NCBI GenBank assembly: GCA_045600585.1
Contig: JAZRYE010000018.1
Span: 21,122 to 85,121, forward strand
Source: Bacilli bacterium
GTDB lineage: Bacteria > Bacillota_I > Bacilli_A > RFN20 > CAG-826
Direction of reading: 5' to 3'
Length of the DNA stretch: 64,000 bases
The position numbers were made by a program, and so were the translations under genes. Below, in pieces: positions 28,235 to 38,965 of the stretch. Below the pieces are notes generated by a model. It worked only from the letters and a program-made list of their open reading frames with translations. It was not told the DNA's origin and made no database searches. The stretch's first letter is position 1; every line of letters begins with the position of its first letter.

Positions 28235-29125
28235 ATGCACGGAATAATTATTACAAATCAAGAAATTGGACATAACGCATACAAAATTGATAGATTCAAA
28301 GAAGAATTTATTAAGAAAAACATTACATTAGACGTAAAAACTAATGACGGAACCTTAGCTTGTATTGAAAATGGTTCAATTAGAATTAATTTACCTAAAT
28401 GTGATTTTATTCTTTATTTAGATAAAGATATTTATTTAGCAAGAATGCTTGAAAAAAACGGATATCGTTTATTTAATCATGCAGATTTTATTAAACTTTG
28501 CGATGATAAAATTCTTACATTTATCGCTTGTTCTAACTTAAATATTAGAATGCCAAAGACAATTGCAGGTCCATTAGTGTATTCTTCTTTAAAAGAATCC
28601 AATTTTATTTTTTTAACTAAAGTTGAAAAAGAACTTGGCTATCCAATGATTGTTAAAAAGGTGTATGGGTCATTAGGTGAAGGTGTATATCTTGTTCATA
28701 ATTTTGAAGAATTGAAAAATACATATAAAAGCATCGCGCATGATCCATTACTTTTCCAAGAATATATAGAAACATCAAAAGGTAAATCATTACGAATTAT
28801 GGTAATTGATGGCAAGGTCGTCGGCGGATTTATTCGTTATAATCACGTCGATTTTAGAAGCAACTTTGGCGATACCGCGGATGGGAAAACACTTACAAAC
28901 AAGGACATCTATTTCTCATTCGCCCAAGATATAGCAGATAAACTTAATATAGAATATGCAGGAATTGATCTTCTTGTTGATAAAGATGAACGGCCAATTC
29001 TATGCGAAATAAATAGCAACGCTTTCTTTGAAGAATTTGAAAAAGTGACAGGCATAAATGTCGCTGAAAAGGTTGTTGAATTAGTTATCAAAAAGATGAA
29101 CGGAAAGGAGATTGAACATGAATAA
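28235..29125 (+). CDS. RimK-family ATP-grasp ligase
   Basis: 296 aa. PMIVKKVYGSLGEGV, LFQEYI, DFRSN and AGIDLL...CEINSN match the RimK-type ATP-grasp pattern. Confidence 0.75.
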   Translation: MHGIIITNQEIGHNAYKIDRFKEEFIKKNITLDVKTNDGTLACIENGSIRINLPKCDFILYLDKDIYLARMLEKNGYRLFNHADFIKLCDDKILTFIACSNLNIRMPKTIAGPLVYSSLKESNFIFLTKVEKELGYPMIVKKVYGSLGEGVYLVHNFEELKNTYKSIAHDPLLFQEYIETSKGKSLRIMVIDGKVVGGFIRYNHVDFRSNFGDTADGKTLTNKDIYFSFAQDIADKLNIEYAGIDLLVDKDERPILCEINSNAFFEEFEKVTGINVAEKVVELVIKKMNGKEIEHE

Positions 29126-30065
29126 AAACGTAAATAAAAATAAAGCAAAAATAACTGATTATAAAAGGGATAAAAATTATAAAAATCTCAAACAATATCC
29201 AGTCAAAAAAGAATGCGAATTATTAGAATTTTTATTAGAAACTTTTAAAGGACAATCTCGTAATTCTGTTAAATCTTTATTAGGCTCTCATCGTGTATCT
29301 ATTGATGGGGCGCCTGTTACTCAATTTAATTTCAAACTTTATCCTGGTGATACAGTTATCATTTCTACTTCACCAATTAGAAAGAAAACAAGAAGTAGAT
29401 TACCAATCATTTATGAAGATGATGAAATCATCGTCATTAATAAGCCATCTGGCCTTCTTTCTATTGCTACTGATAAAGAAAAAGGTTCAACAGCGTATAG
29501 AATGCTTTCTGATTATGTTCAGCAAAAAGATAAACATAATAGAATTTTTGTTGTTCATAGATTAGATGAAGATACTTCTGGAGTTTTAATGGTTGCTAAG
29601 AATCCAATTATTCAAAAAGCATTGCAAGATAATTGGAATGATATAGTTACTAAACGTGGCTATTATGCGGTTGTTGAAGGACATATGGAACAACCACAAG
29701 GAACATACAAATCATATTTGAAAAAGAACGCTCAAAATATGATGTACTCATCTAAAAAAGCAGGCGATGGTCAATTCTCTATTACCCATTACAAAGTAAT
29801 TAAAGAAATTGAAGAATATTCATTATTAGATGTAAACATCGACACCGGTAGAAAGAATCAAATTCGTGTTCATTTGGGCGAACATGGCCATTACATTGTC
29901 GGAGACGATAAATATGGCGAACCAAAAAACCCAATGGGTAGATTAGGTTTACACGCATATGCATTAGAACTAACTCATCCTATTTCTGGCAAAAAGATGA
30001 AGTTTGTTGCTCCAACTCCAAAAGATTTCACAGATATGTTTGGAAGTTTTAAAAATAATCTTTAA
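29118..30065 (+). CDS. RluA-family pseudouridine synthase with N-terminal S4 domain
   Basis: ATG at 29118 with an AAAGGAG RBS 7 nt upstream (the track used the TTG at 29112). HRLDEDTSGVLMVAK catalytic motif. 8-nt overlap with the upstream gene. Confidence 0.88.
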   Translation: MNKNVNKNKAKITDYKRDKNYKNLKQYPVKKECELLEFLLETFKGQSRNSVKSLLGSHRVSIDGAPVTQFNFKLYPGDTVIISTSPIRKKTRSRLPIIYEDDEIIVINKPSGLLSIATDKEKGSTAYRMLSDYVQQKDKHNRIFVVHRLDEDTSGVLMVAKNPIIQKALQDNWNDIVTKRGYYAVVEGHMEQPQGTYKSYLKKNAQNMMYSSKKAGDGQFSITHYKVIKEIEEYSLLDVNIDTGRKNQIRVHLGEHGHYIVGDDKYGEPKNPMGRLGLHAYALELTHPISGKKMKFVAPTPKDFTDMFGSFKNNL

Positions 30066-30074
30066 TATTTATAT

Positions 30075-31064
30075 ATGGCATCAGTATCAGTTATTCTCAT
30101 TTTAGGTTTCATCATTGTCTACTTCATTATGATAGAAACCTTTAGTGTGCTTTTTAGAATTTCTGGCTTAACAAAAGAAAAATCATTATTTCAAACCATT
30201 TCATTATTAACAAACGCCGGCTTTACTACAAATGAATCAGAAGTAGTAGTGGCGAATAGATTTAGAAGAAGAGTTGCTGTTTCTGCGATGGTTACCGGTA
30301 ACGTATTCTCTGTTTTAATTATTTCCCTTGTTCTTAACTTATTACTTAATGTTAGCTATGGCGAAAAAGAAGAAAACTTCTTAATTGTTACCCTTATCGC
30401 GTTTGGAGTGTTCTTAGTTGTTGTCATTCTTTTAAGACTACCATTTATTAAGAATCCTTTTGATAAAGCGATTGAAAAAATCGCTATCAAAATGATGAAA
30501 AAGACCAACGCTGAAAACACATTAACTTTATTAGATAACTATGGACATGGCTTATCTATTTATCAAATTGTAATTAATACCGTTCCTGCAATATTAGTTG
30601 ATACAAGCTTATTCAAATCTCGTATCAAAGATTTATATAACATTAATATTCTTGTTTTAAGAAGAAAAAGTAAGGTAGTTGAAGTAACTAAAGACACAAT
30701 GCTTCAACCAAACGATATCATTACAGTCTTTGGTTCATCTCAAAATATTAAAGATGTATTCAAATCTAAACTTAAAGGCGATGCAAAAGCTTTACTTGAT
30801 GTCTCTGGAGAAGAAAACATTATTGATTTAATTGATAATTATGGCGAAGACGCAATGGTTACAATTCAAATCAAAAAACTCCCAGAATTATTAAAAGACA
30901 AGCCTCTATTTGAATCAGGCTTAAAAGACAAAAACCGCATTAATGTTATGATTATTAAGCGCAATGACAACCCAATAGAAATTGTCAAAGACACAGTTGT
31001 TGAAGTTGGAGATACAATTACAGTCTTTGGTCCATATAAGACAATTAAAGATTTATTTAAATAA
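30075..31064 (+). CDS. membrane protein with two TrkA-C (RCK C-terminal) domains, putative cation channel or transporter
   Basis: 329 aa. Three to four N-terminal TM helices with LLTNAGFTT, then two repeats of the ...MLQPNDIITVFG / ...VVEVGDTITVFG type. Confidence 0.7.
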   Translation: MASVSVILILGFIIVYFIMIETFSVLFRISGLTKEKSLFQTISLLTNAGFTTNESEVVVANRFRRRVAVSAMVTGNVFSVLIISLVLNLLLNVSYGEKEENFLIVTLIAFGVFLVVVILLRLPFIKNPFDKAIEKIAIKMMKKTNAENTLTLLDNYGHGLSIYQIVINTVPAILVDTSLFKSRIKDLYNINILVLRRKSKVVEVTKDTMLQPNDIITVFGSSQNIKDVFKSKLKGDAKALLDVSGEENIIDLIDNYGEDAMVTIQIKKLPELLKDKPLFESGLKDKNRINVMIIKRNDNPIEIVKDTVVEVGDTITVFGPYKTIKDLFK

Positions 31065-31070
31065 GACAAT

Positions 31071-31095
31071 AAAAAAGCCCTATAAAATTGGGCTT
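31071..31095. terminator. terminator between convergent genes (better on the typA strand)
   Basis: aagccc-9 nt-gggctt. The minus-strand RNA is followed by uuuuuu, immediately after the typA stop. Confidence 0.65.
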
Positions 31096-31096
31096 A

Positions 31097-32926
31097 TTAT
31101 ATTTCTTCACCTCTTCTTACATGTGAATCGTATTTTTTACGTTCAACAGTATTAAGGATCTTCTTTCTCATTCTAAATGTTAATGGAGTTACTTCGACAA
31201 GTTCATCTGTGTTGATGTAATCTAAGCAAGCTTCAAGAGACATCTTTCTTGGTGATTTTAGAACGACTGTGTTGTCTTTGTTAGAACTACGCATATTTGT
31301 TAGTTCTTTCTTTGTTGTGACGTTAACAGCTAAGTCTATGTTATATCTATTTTCACCAATAATCATACCTTCATAAACAGCAGTATTTGGTTCGATAAAC
31401 ATTGTGCCTCTATCTTCAACGTGTTGAATTGCGTATGGAGTAGCCATGCCACTTTCAGTAGCAACAAGAACACCAATTGGTCTTTCACCAATAACAGTAG
31501 TTGTCATTGGACGATATTCTCTATATGTATGTGAGAGGATGCCATAACCTTTAGTTAATGTCATAAAGTTAGTTGTATAACCTAATAAACCACGTGATGG
31601 AATGATGTAGTTAAGAATTGTAACTGTTTCACGGTTATCCATATTGACTAATTCAGCGTTTCTTTCACCTAAAGTAACCATGACATCACCAACGAAATCG
31701 TTAGGTACATCAATCATTAAATCTTCGTATGGTTCGTACTTAACTCCATCAATTTCTTTAATGATGACCTTTGGTTTACTCACTTCAAGTTCGTATCCTT
31801 CTCTTCTCATATTTTCGATGAGAATTGATAAGTGTAATTCGCCACGGCCTGAGACAACCCAAGTTTCGCTATTAGGAACTCTTTCAACTTTTAAAGCAAC
31901 GTCTCTTTGCATTTCTCTAAATAATCTTTCTTCGATTTTTCTAGCAGTTAATAACTTACCATCTTTACCAGAGAATGGTGATGAGTTTGTACCGAAAGTC
32001 ATTTGAAGAGTTGGTTCATCAAGTTTGATAAGTGGTAATGGATCAATATGTGAAGTAGAACAAATTGTTTCACCAACGTTAATGTCCATTAAACCAGCAA
32101 CTGCAACAATGTCACCAGCAGAAGCAGAATTAACTTCTAATCTTCTTAAACCTTGATAACCGAATAATTTCATTACTCTAAATGTTTTTGTTGTGCCATC
32201 TGTTCTACAAACAGTGACATTATCATTAACATTGATTGTTCCTCTTTTAACTGTGCCAATACCGATTCTACCAACGAAATCGTTATAGTCTAATAAAGCA
32301 ACTTGCATTTGAAGTGGTGCTTCTTTATCAGTGCATGGAGCAGGGATTTGATCGATAATCATTTGAAGAACAGCGTCCATACCTGGAACTTGTGTTTCAG
32401 GATTTGCTTCTAATGAAGAAGTTCCCTTTAAACCAGAAGTATAAACAACAGGGAATTCTAAGAATTCATCCGGAGCACCTAATTCAATGAATAAATCGAG
32501 TACTTCATCAAGTGTTCTTTCAATATCAATATTTGCTCTATCAACTTTGTTAATAACAACAATTGGTTTAATGTGAGCTTGTAATGCTTTCTTTAAAACG
32601 AATCTTGTTTGTGGCATTGTTCCTTCAAAAGCATCGACTAATAATAAGCAGCCATCAACCATGTTCATAATTCTTTCAACTTCACCACCGAAGTCTGCGT
32701 GGCCAGGAGTATCAAGAATATTAATCTTTGTGTCCTTATAAAGGATTGATGTTGTCTTTGCTAAAATAGTAATACCTCTTTCTCTTTCAATGTCATTACT
32801 ATCCATTGCACGTTCATTAACTTCTTCATTCTCACGGAATGTACCAGAAGATTTTAATAATTGGTCAACAAGTGTAGTTTTACCGTGGTCAACGTGAGCA
32901 ATAATTGCAACATTACGAATATCCAT
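31097..32926 (-). CDS. typA: translational GTPase TypA/BipA
   Basis: 609 aa. [23 protein letters not shown] and NKVD motifs. AGGAGG RBS. Confidence 0.95.
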   Translation of the reverse strand: MDIRNVAIIAHVDHGKTTLVDQLLKSSGTFRENEEVNERAMDSNDIERERGITILAKTTSILYKDTKINILDTPGHADFGGEVERIMNMVDGCLLLVDAFEGTMPQTRFVLKKALQAHIKPIVVINKVDRANIDIERTLDEVLDLFIELGAPDEFLEFPVVYTSGLKGTSSLEANPETQVPGMDAVLQMIIDQIPAPCTDKEAPLQMQVALLDYNDFVGRIGIGTVKRGTINVNDNVTVCRTDGTTKTFRVMKLFGYQGLRRLEVNSASAGDIVAVAGLMDINVGETICSTSHIDPLPLIKLDEPTLQMTFGTNSSPFSGKDGKLLTARKIEERLFREMQRDVALKVERVPNSETWVVSGRGELHLSILIENMRREGYELEVSKPKVIIKEIDGVKYEPYEDLMIDVPNDFVGDVMVTLGERNAELVNMDNRETVTILNYIIPSRGLLGYTTNFMTLTKGYGILSHTYREYRPMTTTVIGERPIGVLVATESGMATPYAIQHVEDRGTMFIEPNTAVYEGMIIGENRYNIDLAVNVTTKKELTNMRSSNKDNTVVLKSPRKMSLEACLDYINTDELVEVTPLTFRMRKKILNTVERKKYDSHVRRGEEI

Positions 32927-33034
32927 AAAAGAGGCCTCCTAATCAAAAACCGAATAAAATAATAAGAAACCGGACCATAAAAAGCAAGAAAAATTAATAT
33001 TTTTCAATGCTTTGATGTGTATAATATTAATACT

Positions 33035-36000
33035 ATGGATGTTGTGTTTAAAAAAGATACAAATAAAAAGACGTTAAAAGATAGACTTTCTTTTCTAAAA
33101 AATAGAGAATCGATTTTTTATTATTATGTCTTTCTTTTAGTTGTTGGTATCCTCTTTTTAATTAGTTCAACTTTTATCAATAGAGGTACAACTCCATTCA
33201 CTGGAGACTATGTCTCACAAGAATATGCTTTCTATACAAATGGTTATGATGACTGGTGGCATTTTCTCAAAACAGGCAAGTTTGTTTTATATGATCCAAA
33301 TACATTTTTAGGAGCGAGTAATATTGGTTCAAATACATTCTATTATTTGTTTGATCCTTTCTTCTTCCCAATACTTCTTTGTCCAAGACAATTAATCCCT
33401 CAAGGAATGGTGATTCTAACTATTTTTAAAATTGCTACTGCGGGATTAATGTTCTACTTCTATATGCGATATTTAGGAGCATCAATTCATGCGAGCAAGA
33501 TATCCGGATTGGCATATGCTTTTTCTGGTTGGATGGCGTGGTATTTATGGTTCAATCATATGACCGAAATTACTATCGTCTTCCCACTTATGTTAATGGG
33601 AGTAGAAAGAGTAATTAGAACTAAGAAACCATGGCTATTAGCGTTTGCTATTTTCCTTATGGGAATAACCAATTTCTTCTTCCTTGTTTGCTGCACATTT
33701 GCTGCATTTTTCTACGCAATGTTCCGTTATTTTCAAAGAATTAAGTTAAATTCTGGTAGAGATAATTTAGAAATAATTGGATATGGATTTATCGCGTTTG
33801 CAACAGGATTATTAATGTCTTGCATGGTTGTTGTTCCAGCAGCAATTGTTTCTTTAAATGCTCCTCGAGCACAGAATACAAGTTACTTAGATGCATTAAA
33901 AGAATGTCTCAAAAATTTAACTAATAAAGAATACCTTAAAAAGCTATGGGACATGATGACTTCTTGGAAGAATTTAACTGTTAGAAGTTATCAAATTAAA
34001 GAGAGAAATTATTTCCCTTTAATTGAATATATTTTCCCTGCAATGACATGTAGAGAAATACCTTTGGTAGACTATGCTCATTCTTATGACAATGTTGGTG
34101 GCTCATTATTTATTTATTACCCAATCATCATGTTATTAGTACCAGCACTTATTAAGTCATGTAGAGAAAAGCATTTTTCTCCATTAATTGGTACAGCATT
34201 ACTTGTCGCGGCGGTATTTACTCCATTTTGTTATTACTTATTCCATGGCCTTACTAGTGAACCTTATGGAAGATGGACATTATTTGTTGAAACAAGCGCG
34301 ATTGCTTATGTTGGCTTATATTTAGATAAATTTAAAAAAGATTCAAATTGGTCTTTGATTATCGGCTATGTTACTACTGAATTATTGATTTTATTAGCAT
34401 GTATATTAGCCCATAAATTAACTCTTCTTGATAATGGAGAAATGTTTAGTGAATACGTTCCAATTAAACTTGGAGGTGTTCTTGCAGCAGCCTATGTCAC
34501 AATCGTTTTTGTACTTTTAAGAGTATTCAAAAATAAGAAGTTTTTGCATTACATATTTATTGGTCTTATTTCTATTGAAGCTATCGCAATGGGAGCGTTT
34601 ATTATTGAAGGACATGGTGTAGAAGATTACACCCAAACAAACAATGGCCTAGACAATAATAATGTTCTCCATTCTATTGTTAGTAAAATCTCTAAAAATG
34701 ATCCTGATTATTATCGTTGTTACTCAACATTACAAAATTCCAGAGCAAGAAATGATGGAATGAGAAATGGTTATAATGGTTTAGGATTTTTCCATTCTGT
34801 TTATAACTTTAATCCTGCTGATTTTTTAAACTGGTCTGCAATTAATGATAACCACGCACCTGAAGGATGGTCTGCTTCATATGTTGAAAAACGTATGAAC
34901 CTTGATGAATTCTTAGGCGTTAAATATTACTTTGTTTTAAAAGAAGAATATCGTTATAAAAAAGCTGCACAAAGCGGTAGTTATCGAAGCAATGTCCCTT
35001 TATATTTTGTTGATATTACAGATAAATATCCCAATGATAAATTCTATGTTTTTGAGAACACAAAATTCATTGATTTAGGTTTTAGTTATGACCGTGTTTA
35101 TTCCACTAATTCAGAAGAAGATCCAACAGCGACATTAGCTACCAATGATGTTATTAAAAATGAAGAAATGTATCTTGATGGAGCAATTGCTAATTATGAA
35201 GATGCTTCTAAATTATTAGAGGAATCTAATGGCCAATTAACAGTTAAGCCTTCATCTAATTTCACCTTTAAAGCAAATAGAATCACAGTAACTAGTAGAA
35301 CACCTGGTTCATCTATTAGTGATGAAGCAAATAGATACATCCAATCCGCGTTCGATGTTAGCAAATTAGGCCCATGTTATAGATTACCAGTTGATACATT
35401 ATTAAATATTGAAAATCATCCTTCATCAAAACCAGTCACTGTTAATCAATCTAATAATGCGAATAACGACACATTTGTTAATGTTATTAAATTCCCAAAT
35501 ACATCATCTTCAAATTACAAATATGATCCAAAAGGTATGATGTTCTATTTAAAAAATTATTATCACTGGGATTATCGTATTGATGTTTATTTTGTGGATG
35601 TAGATGGCAATATTGTTACTTGGGATGATCATAATGATCAAAAATTAACCATTGGTAGTTATACAAGTAGAAAAACTTGGAGAGGATTCTATATTGCTCC
35701 AACTTATGATAATGGGGGAAACATCATTAAAGATGCACCTAAAATTGATAGAATTATCATCTGTAATAAAGGTAAAAAATCAAAGTCTTACGATCTTTAT
35801 TTTGATACCGCTACTAACTATGAAAATAGACTTCAAAAACACTTTGATAACCCATTAACTGATGTGAAATATGGCACTAATAAATTTACATTTAAAACAA
35901 ACTTCTCTTCTTCTCGCGTAGTTGTTACACAAATCGCATATGAAGATGGCTGGAGCGTTATTGCTAGAAATAATCTAGGCGAAGTTAAAAAGCTTAATGT

Positions 36001-36271
36001 TTATATGTTACAAGGTGGTTTCGTTTCCTTTGTCGCGCCAAGTGGTAATTACTCATACGAATTGACCTATTACACGCCTTATTTAGAGCTCGGTTCTTAT
36101 TTATCCGACATTGGTTTATTTATCTTCCTAACGTCTTATTTTGGCTATTTATATATGGATAATGAATTAAAGAGTTCTTCTCTTGCTTTTGACGATGAGT
36201 TCAAACGTAAAAAGAATGGAAAATTCTTTAAATTATTTAAGCTACCATATGGAAAAGAGAATTCTTTATGA
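33035..36271 (+). CDS. YfhO-family polytopic membrane protein (putative glycosyltransferase)
   Basis: The ATG at 33035 is preferred over the GTG at 33017, because a TATAAT occupies 33020..33025. About 13 or more TM helices, then a large extracytoplasmic domain and a final TM helix. The family call is from overall architecture. Confidence 0.75.
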   Translation: MDVVFKKDTNKKTLKDRLSFLKNRESIFYYYVFLLVVGILFLISSTFINRGTTPFTGDYVSQEYAFYTNGYDDWWHFLKTGKFVLYDPNTFLGASNIGSNTFYYLFDPFFFPILLCPRQLIPQGMVILTIFKIATAGLMFYFYMRYLGASIHASKISGLAYAFSGWMAWYLWFNHMTEITIVFPLMLMGVERVIRTKKPWLLAFAIFLMGITNFFFLVCCTFAAFFYAMFRYFQRIKLNSGRDNLEIIGYGFIAFATGLLMSCMVVVPAAIVSLNAPRAQNTSYLDALKECLKNLTNKEYLKKLWDMMTSWKNLTVRSYQIKERNYFPLIEYIFPAMTCREIPLVDYAHSYDNVGGSLFIYYPIIMLLVPALIKSCREKHFSPLIGTALLVAAVFTPFCYYLFHGLTSEPYGRWTLFVETSAIAYVGLYLDKFKKDSNWSLIIGYVTTELLILLACILAHKLTLLDNGEMFSEYVPIKLGGVLAAAYVTIVFVLLRVFKNKKFLHYIFIGLISIEAIAMGAFIIEGHGVEDYTQTNNGLDNNNVLHSIVSKISKNDPDYYRCYSTLQNSRARNDGMRNGYNGLGFFHSVYNFNPADFLNWSAINDNHAPEGWSASYVEKRMNLDEFLGVKYYFVLKEEYRYKKAAQSGSYRSNVPLYFVDITDKYPNDKFYVFENTKFIDLGFSYDRVYSTNSEEDPTATLATNDVIKNEEMYLDGAIANYEDASKLLEESNGQLTVKPSSNFTFKANRITVTSRTPGSSISDEANRYIQSAFDVSKLGPCYRLPVDTLLNIENHPSSKPVTVNQSNNANNDTFVNVIKFPNTSSSNYKYDPKGMMFYLKNYYHWDYRIDVYFVDVDGNIVTWDDHNDQKLTIGSYTSRKTWRGFYIAPTYDNGGNIIKDAPKIDRIIICNKGKKSKSYDLYFDTATNYENRLQKHFDNPLTDVKYGTNKFTFKTNFSSSRVVVTQIAYEDGWSVIARNNLGEVKKLNVYMLQGGFVSFVAPSGNYSYELTYYTPYLELGSYLSDIGLFIFLTSYFGYLYMDNELKSSSLAFDDEFKRKKNGKFFKLFKLPYGKENSL

Positions 36272-36969
36272 GACTAGATAGATATTTGGCCAATTCTGGT
36301 GTTGGAACTAGAAGTGAAGTTAAAAAATTAATTCATAAAAAACTTGTTACAGTAAACGGAGTAGTGGCAAGAAGTGATTCTTTATCTATTGATGAAAATA
36401 AAGATGAAGTTAGGGTTGATAACGAATTAATTAAATATCAAGAATTCTATTATGTTCTCATCAACAAACCACAAGGATATGTATCCGCGGTTGAAGATAA
36501 TGTTTATCCTCCGATTACTGATTTAATTCCCGAATATGATTTTGCAAAGTTATATCCAGTTGGAAGGCTTGATGTAGATACAACAGGAACACTTTTATTA
36601 ACTAATAATGGAGATTTATGTCATAAACTTTTATCTCCTAAATATCACGTTGGTAAAACATATTTTGTTACAGTTGATGGAGTGATTAAAAATACATTAG
36701 TTGAAGCGTTTAAAAAAGGAATCATACTCGATGATGAACTTACATTACCAGCAAAGCTAAAAATAATATCTCCAAATGAATCTGAATTAACTATTCATCA
36801 AGGTAAGTTTCATCAAGTAAAAAGAATGTTTCAAGCTTTTGGTTTAAAGGTAATTAAACTCGATAGAAAATCATTTGCGTTCTTAAATCATGAAGATCTT
36901 GAAATCAGTGAATATCGAGAACTTAATGATGATGAAGTTAATAGACTAATTGAACTAGTTAATAAATAG
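36268..36969 (+). CDS. RsuA/RluB-family rRNA pseudouridine synthase with S4 domain
   Basis: 233 aa. MRLDRYLANSGVGTRSEVK (S4) and GRLDVDTTGTLLLTNNG catalytic motif. ATGA overlap with the upstream gene. Confidence 0.88.
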   Translation: MRLDRYLANSGVGTRSEVKKLIHKKLVTVNGVVARSDSLSIDENKDEVRVDNELIKYQEFYYVLINKPQGYVSAVEDNVYPPITDLIPEYDFAKLYPVGRLDVDTTGTLLLTNNGDLCHKLLSPKYHVGKTYFVTVDGVIKNTLVEAFKKGIILDDELTLPAKLKIISPNESELTIHQGKFHQVKRMFQAFGLKVIKLDRKSFAFLNHEDLEISEYRELNDDEVNRLIELVNK

Positions 36970-36991
36970 AAAAGAGGCATAAACCTCTTTT
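36970..36991. terminator. bidirectional terminator between convergent genes
   Basis: aaagagg-cataaa-cctcttt with T-rich flanks on both strands. Confidence 0.6.
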
Positions 36992-36993
36992 AT

Positions 36994-37833
36994 TTACCGT
37001 GTGATTTTTTTCACGTAGTTTTTATTAACTTTATATTCTTCCGAAACAATTTCTGCCGCGGTCTTTTTTGTTACACCTTTATCGAGTAATTGATTGAATC
37101 TATTTAATAAGTCCACATCTGTAACGACTTCTTCTTGTTTATTTCCTTCAACAATAAGAACCATTTCTCCTTTTAGAGTTAATTCATCAATTTCACATAA
37201 TTCATCAAGAGTACCTCTAATGTATTCTTCGTTTAATTTTGTTAATTCACGGGCAAGAACAATGTTTCTATTACCTAATACTGATTTGATGTTTTCTAAT
37301 GATCTTTTGATTCTATGTGGTGATTCATAAAAGATGATGGTTTCTTTTCTATTTTTAAGTTCTTCTAATTCGCTTTTTGCTTCGTTATCTTTAGCGGATA
37401 AAAAGCCATAATAATAGAAGTGACTTGTTTCTAATCCAGATGCTACTAAAGCATTAATAAAAGCAGAAGGTCCACTTACTGTTGATACCGCGATATCTTG
37501 AGCGATAGCTTCTTTTACAAGTATTGCTCCCGGATCACTTATTCCCGGATAACCAGCATCAGAAACATATACAACTTTCTTACCTTCTTTAATCTTATTA
37601 ATTAAATATAAGGAAGCTTCTTTTTCATTGTGCTCTCTTAAAGAGAACAATTCTTTTTTGATGCCAAAATTAGAAAGAAGAGAATATGTATTTCTCGTAT
37701 CTTCAGCAGCGATGATATCTGCAAGAGAAAATACTTCCAACGCTCTTTTGGAAACTTCGCTTAAGTTACCAATTGGAGTGGCAACCAAATATAAAAGTGG
37801 TTTTGAATTATCAAAACTTTTACTTCTTTTCAT
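36994..37833 (-). CDS. rsmI: 16S rRNA (cytidine1402-2'-O)-methyltransferase
   Basis: Start moved to MKRSKSFDNSKPLLYLVATPIGNL (37833), overlapping the yaaT stop by 14 nt. TP-methylase fold motifs are present. Confidence 0.9.
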   Translation of the reverse strand: MKRSKSFDNSKPLLYLVATPIGNLSEVSKRALEVFSLADIIAAEDTRNTYSLLSNFGIKKELFSLREHNEKEASLYLINKIKEGKKVVYVSDAGYPGISDPGAILVKEAIAQDIAVSTVSGPSAFINALVASGLETSHFYYYGFLSAKDNEAKSELEELKNRKETIIFYESPHRIKRSLENIKSVLGNRNIVLARELTKLNEEYIRGTLDELCEIDELTLKGEMVLIVEGNKQEEVVTDVDLLNRFNQLLDKGVTKKTAAEIVSEEYKVNKNYVKKITR

Positions 37834-38962
37834 TGTTGTTGTTTCTTTCTTTACTTTGTCTATTTTGTTGCTCGTTTTGACCACCATTAGGACGACGATA
37901 GTTATTGTGTCTGTGTTGGTTATTATTACGAGGTTGATTGTTGTTTCTTTGTTGATTGTTATTTTGTTGATTATTTTGATTATTCTTTACTTGTTGTTGA
38001 TTGTTTCTCTGCTCATTATTTTTGTTTTGTTGTTGAGGAGTAGGATTCTTTTGTTGAGGCTTTTCGTTTTGTTTATCCTTATTTTGATTTTGGATATCTT
38101 TCTTAAAGTCTTTCTTTGGTAATCTAAATTCCTTGTTATAGTCGTCTAAAGAATAAATCTTTATATCTTCTTCATTTTCAACCCTAACAACTCTACTAAC
38201 GATGTTGATATTTGTTACTGTATATTCAATCTTTTCAATGAATACTTTTGTTCCTAATTCAGGGAATGCTTTTTTGTCTTCTGTATAAGCATCATCTTCA
38301 TATTTTAAACAGCAAATTAACTTGCCACATTGACCACTTAACTTTGGAATGTTGATTGCAAGCATTTGATTCTTCGCTCTATTGATAGAGATGCCATCGA
38401 ATTCATTTAAGAATGTGGAGCAGCAAAGTGGTAAACCACAAATACCAATTCCACCTACCATTTTTGCTTTATCTCTTGATCCAACTTGTCTTAAATCAAT
38501 ACGTGTATGAAGTTTAGCTGCTAATACTTTTAATAATTCACGGAAGTCGACTCTTTCATCTGCTAAATAGGAGAATAAGACCTTGGTTTTATCTAATGTG
38601 TATTCACATGAAATAAGATTCATATCAAGGTTTAATCTAGTGATTTCTGCTTGGCATACTTCCATAGCAAATTTAGCGTCTCTAATATTGCTATCATAGG
38701 CACGTAAGTCTGCATCTGTAGCTTTTCTTAGAATAGGTTTTAGTCCTAATTCGCTTTTATATTTCTTTATATCAATTGGTTCTAAAACAATAAGTCCAAG
38801 TTCCATTCCTCTCATTGTTTCGACAACAACTTTTTCTTCTAATTTATAGTCAAAATCATACACGCCAAAATAGTATGTACGAGTGCCGTTAATAAATCTT
38901 ACTCCGGCATATGCTTTATATGATGAGTTATCAATAACTGCTTGTTGAGTGACTGTTTCCAT
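37820..38962 (-). CDS. yaaT: PSP1-domain protein YaaT/RicT with a long Asn/Gln-rich C-terminal tail
   Basis: 380 aa. The PSP1 core carries a Cys cluster (GLPLCCSTF, GKLICCLKYE). The last 95 aa or so are N/Q/K/R low-complexity. Conserved holB-yaaT position. Confidence 0.88.
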   Translation of the reverse strand: METVTQQAVIDNSSYKAYAGVRFINGTRTYYFGVYDFDYKLEEKVVVETMRGMELGLIVLEPIDIKKYKSELGLKPILRKATDADLRAYDSNIRDAKFAMEVCQAEITRLNLDMNLISCEYTLDKTKVLFSYLADERVDFRELLKVLAAKLHTRIDLRQVGSRDKAKMVGGIGICGLPLCCSTFLNEFDGISINRAKNQMLAINIPKLSGQCGKLICCLKYEDDAYTEDKKAFPELGTKVFIEKIEYTVTNINIVSRVVRVENEEDIKIYSLDDYNKEFRLPKKDFKKDIQNQNKDKQNEKPQQKNPTPQQQNKNNEQRNNQQQVKNNQNNQQNNNQQRNNNQPRNNNQHRHNNYRRPNGGQNEQQNRQSKERNNNNEKK

Positions 38963-38965
38963 TTT

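Noticed and set aside
37628-38122. 164-aa Leu/Ile-rich plus-strand ORF that looks like a membrane protein
   Set aside because: It is the antisense reading of the AAT/CAA-rich DNA encoding the YaaT N/Q tail and the rsmI 5' end. The hydrophobicity is a complement artefact.
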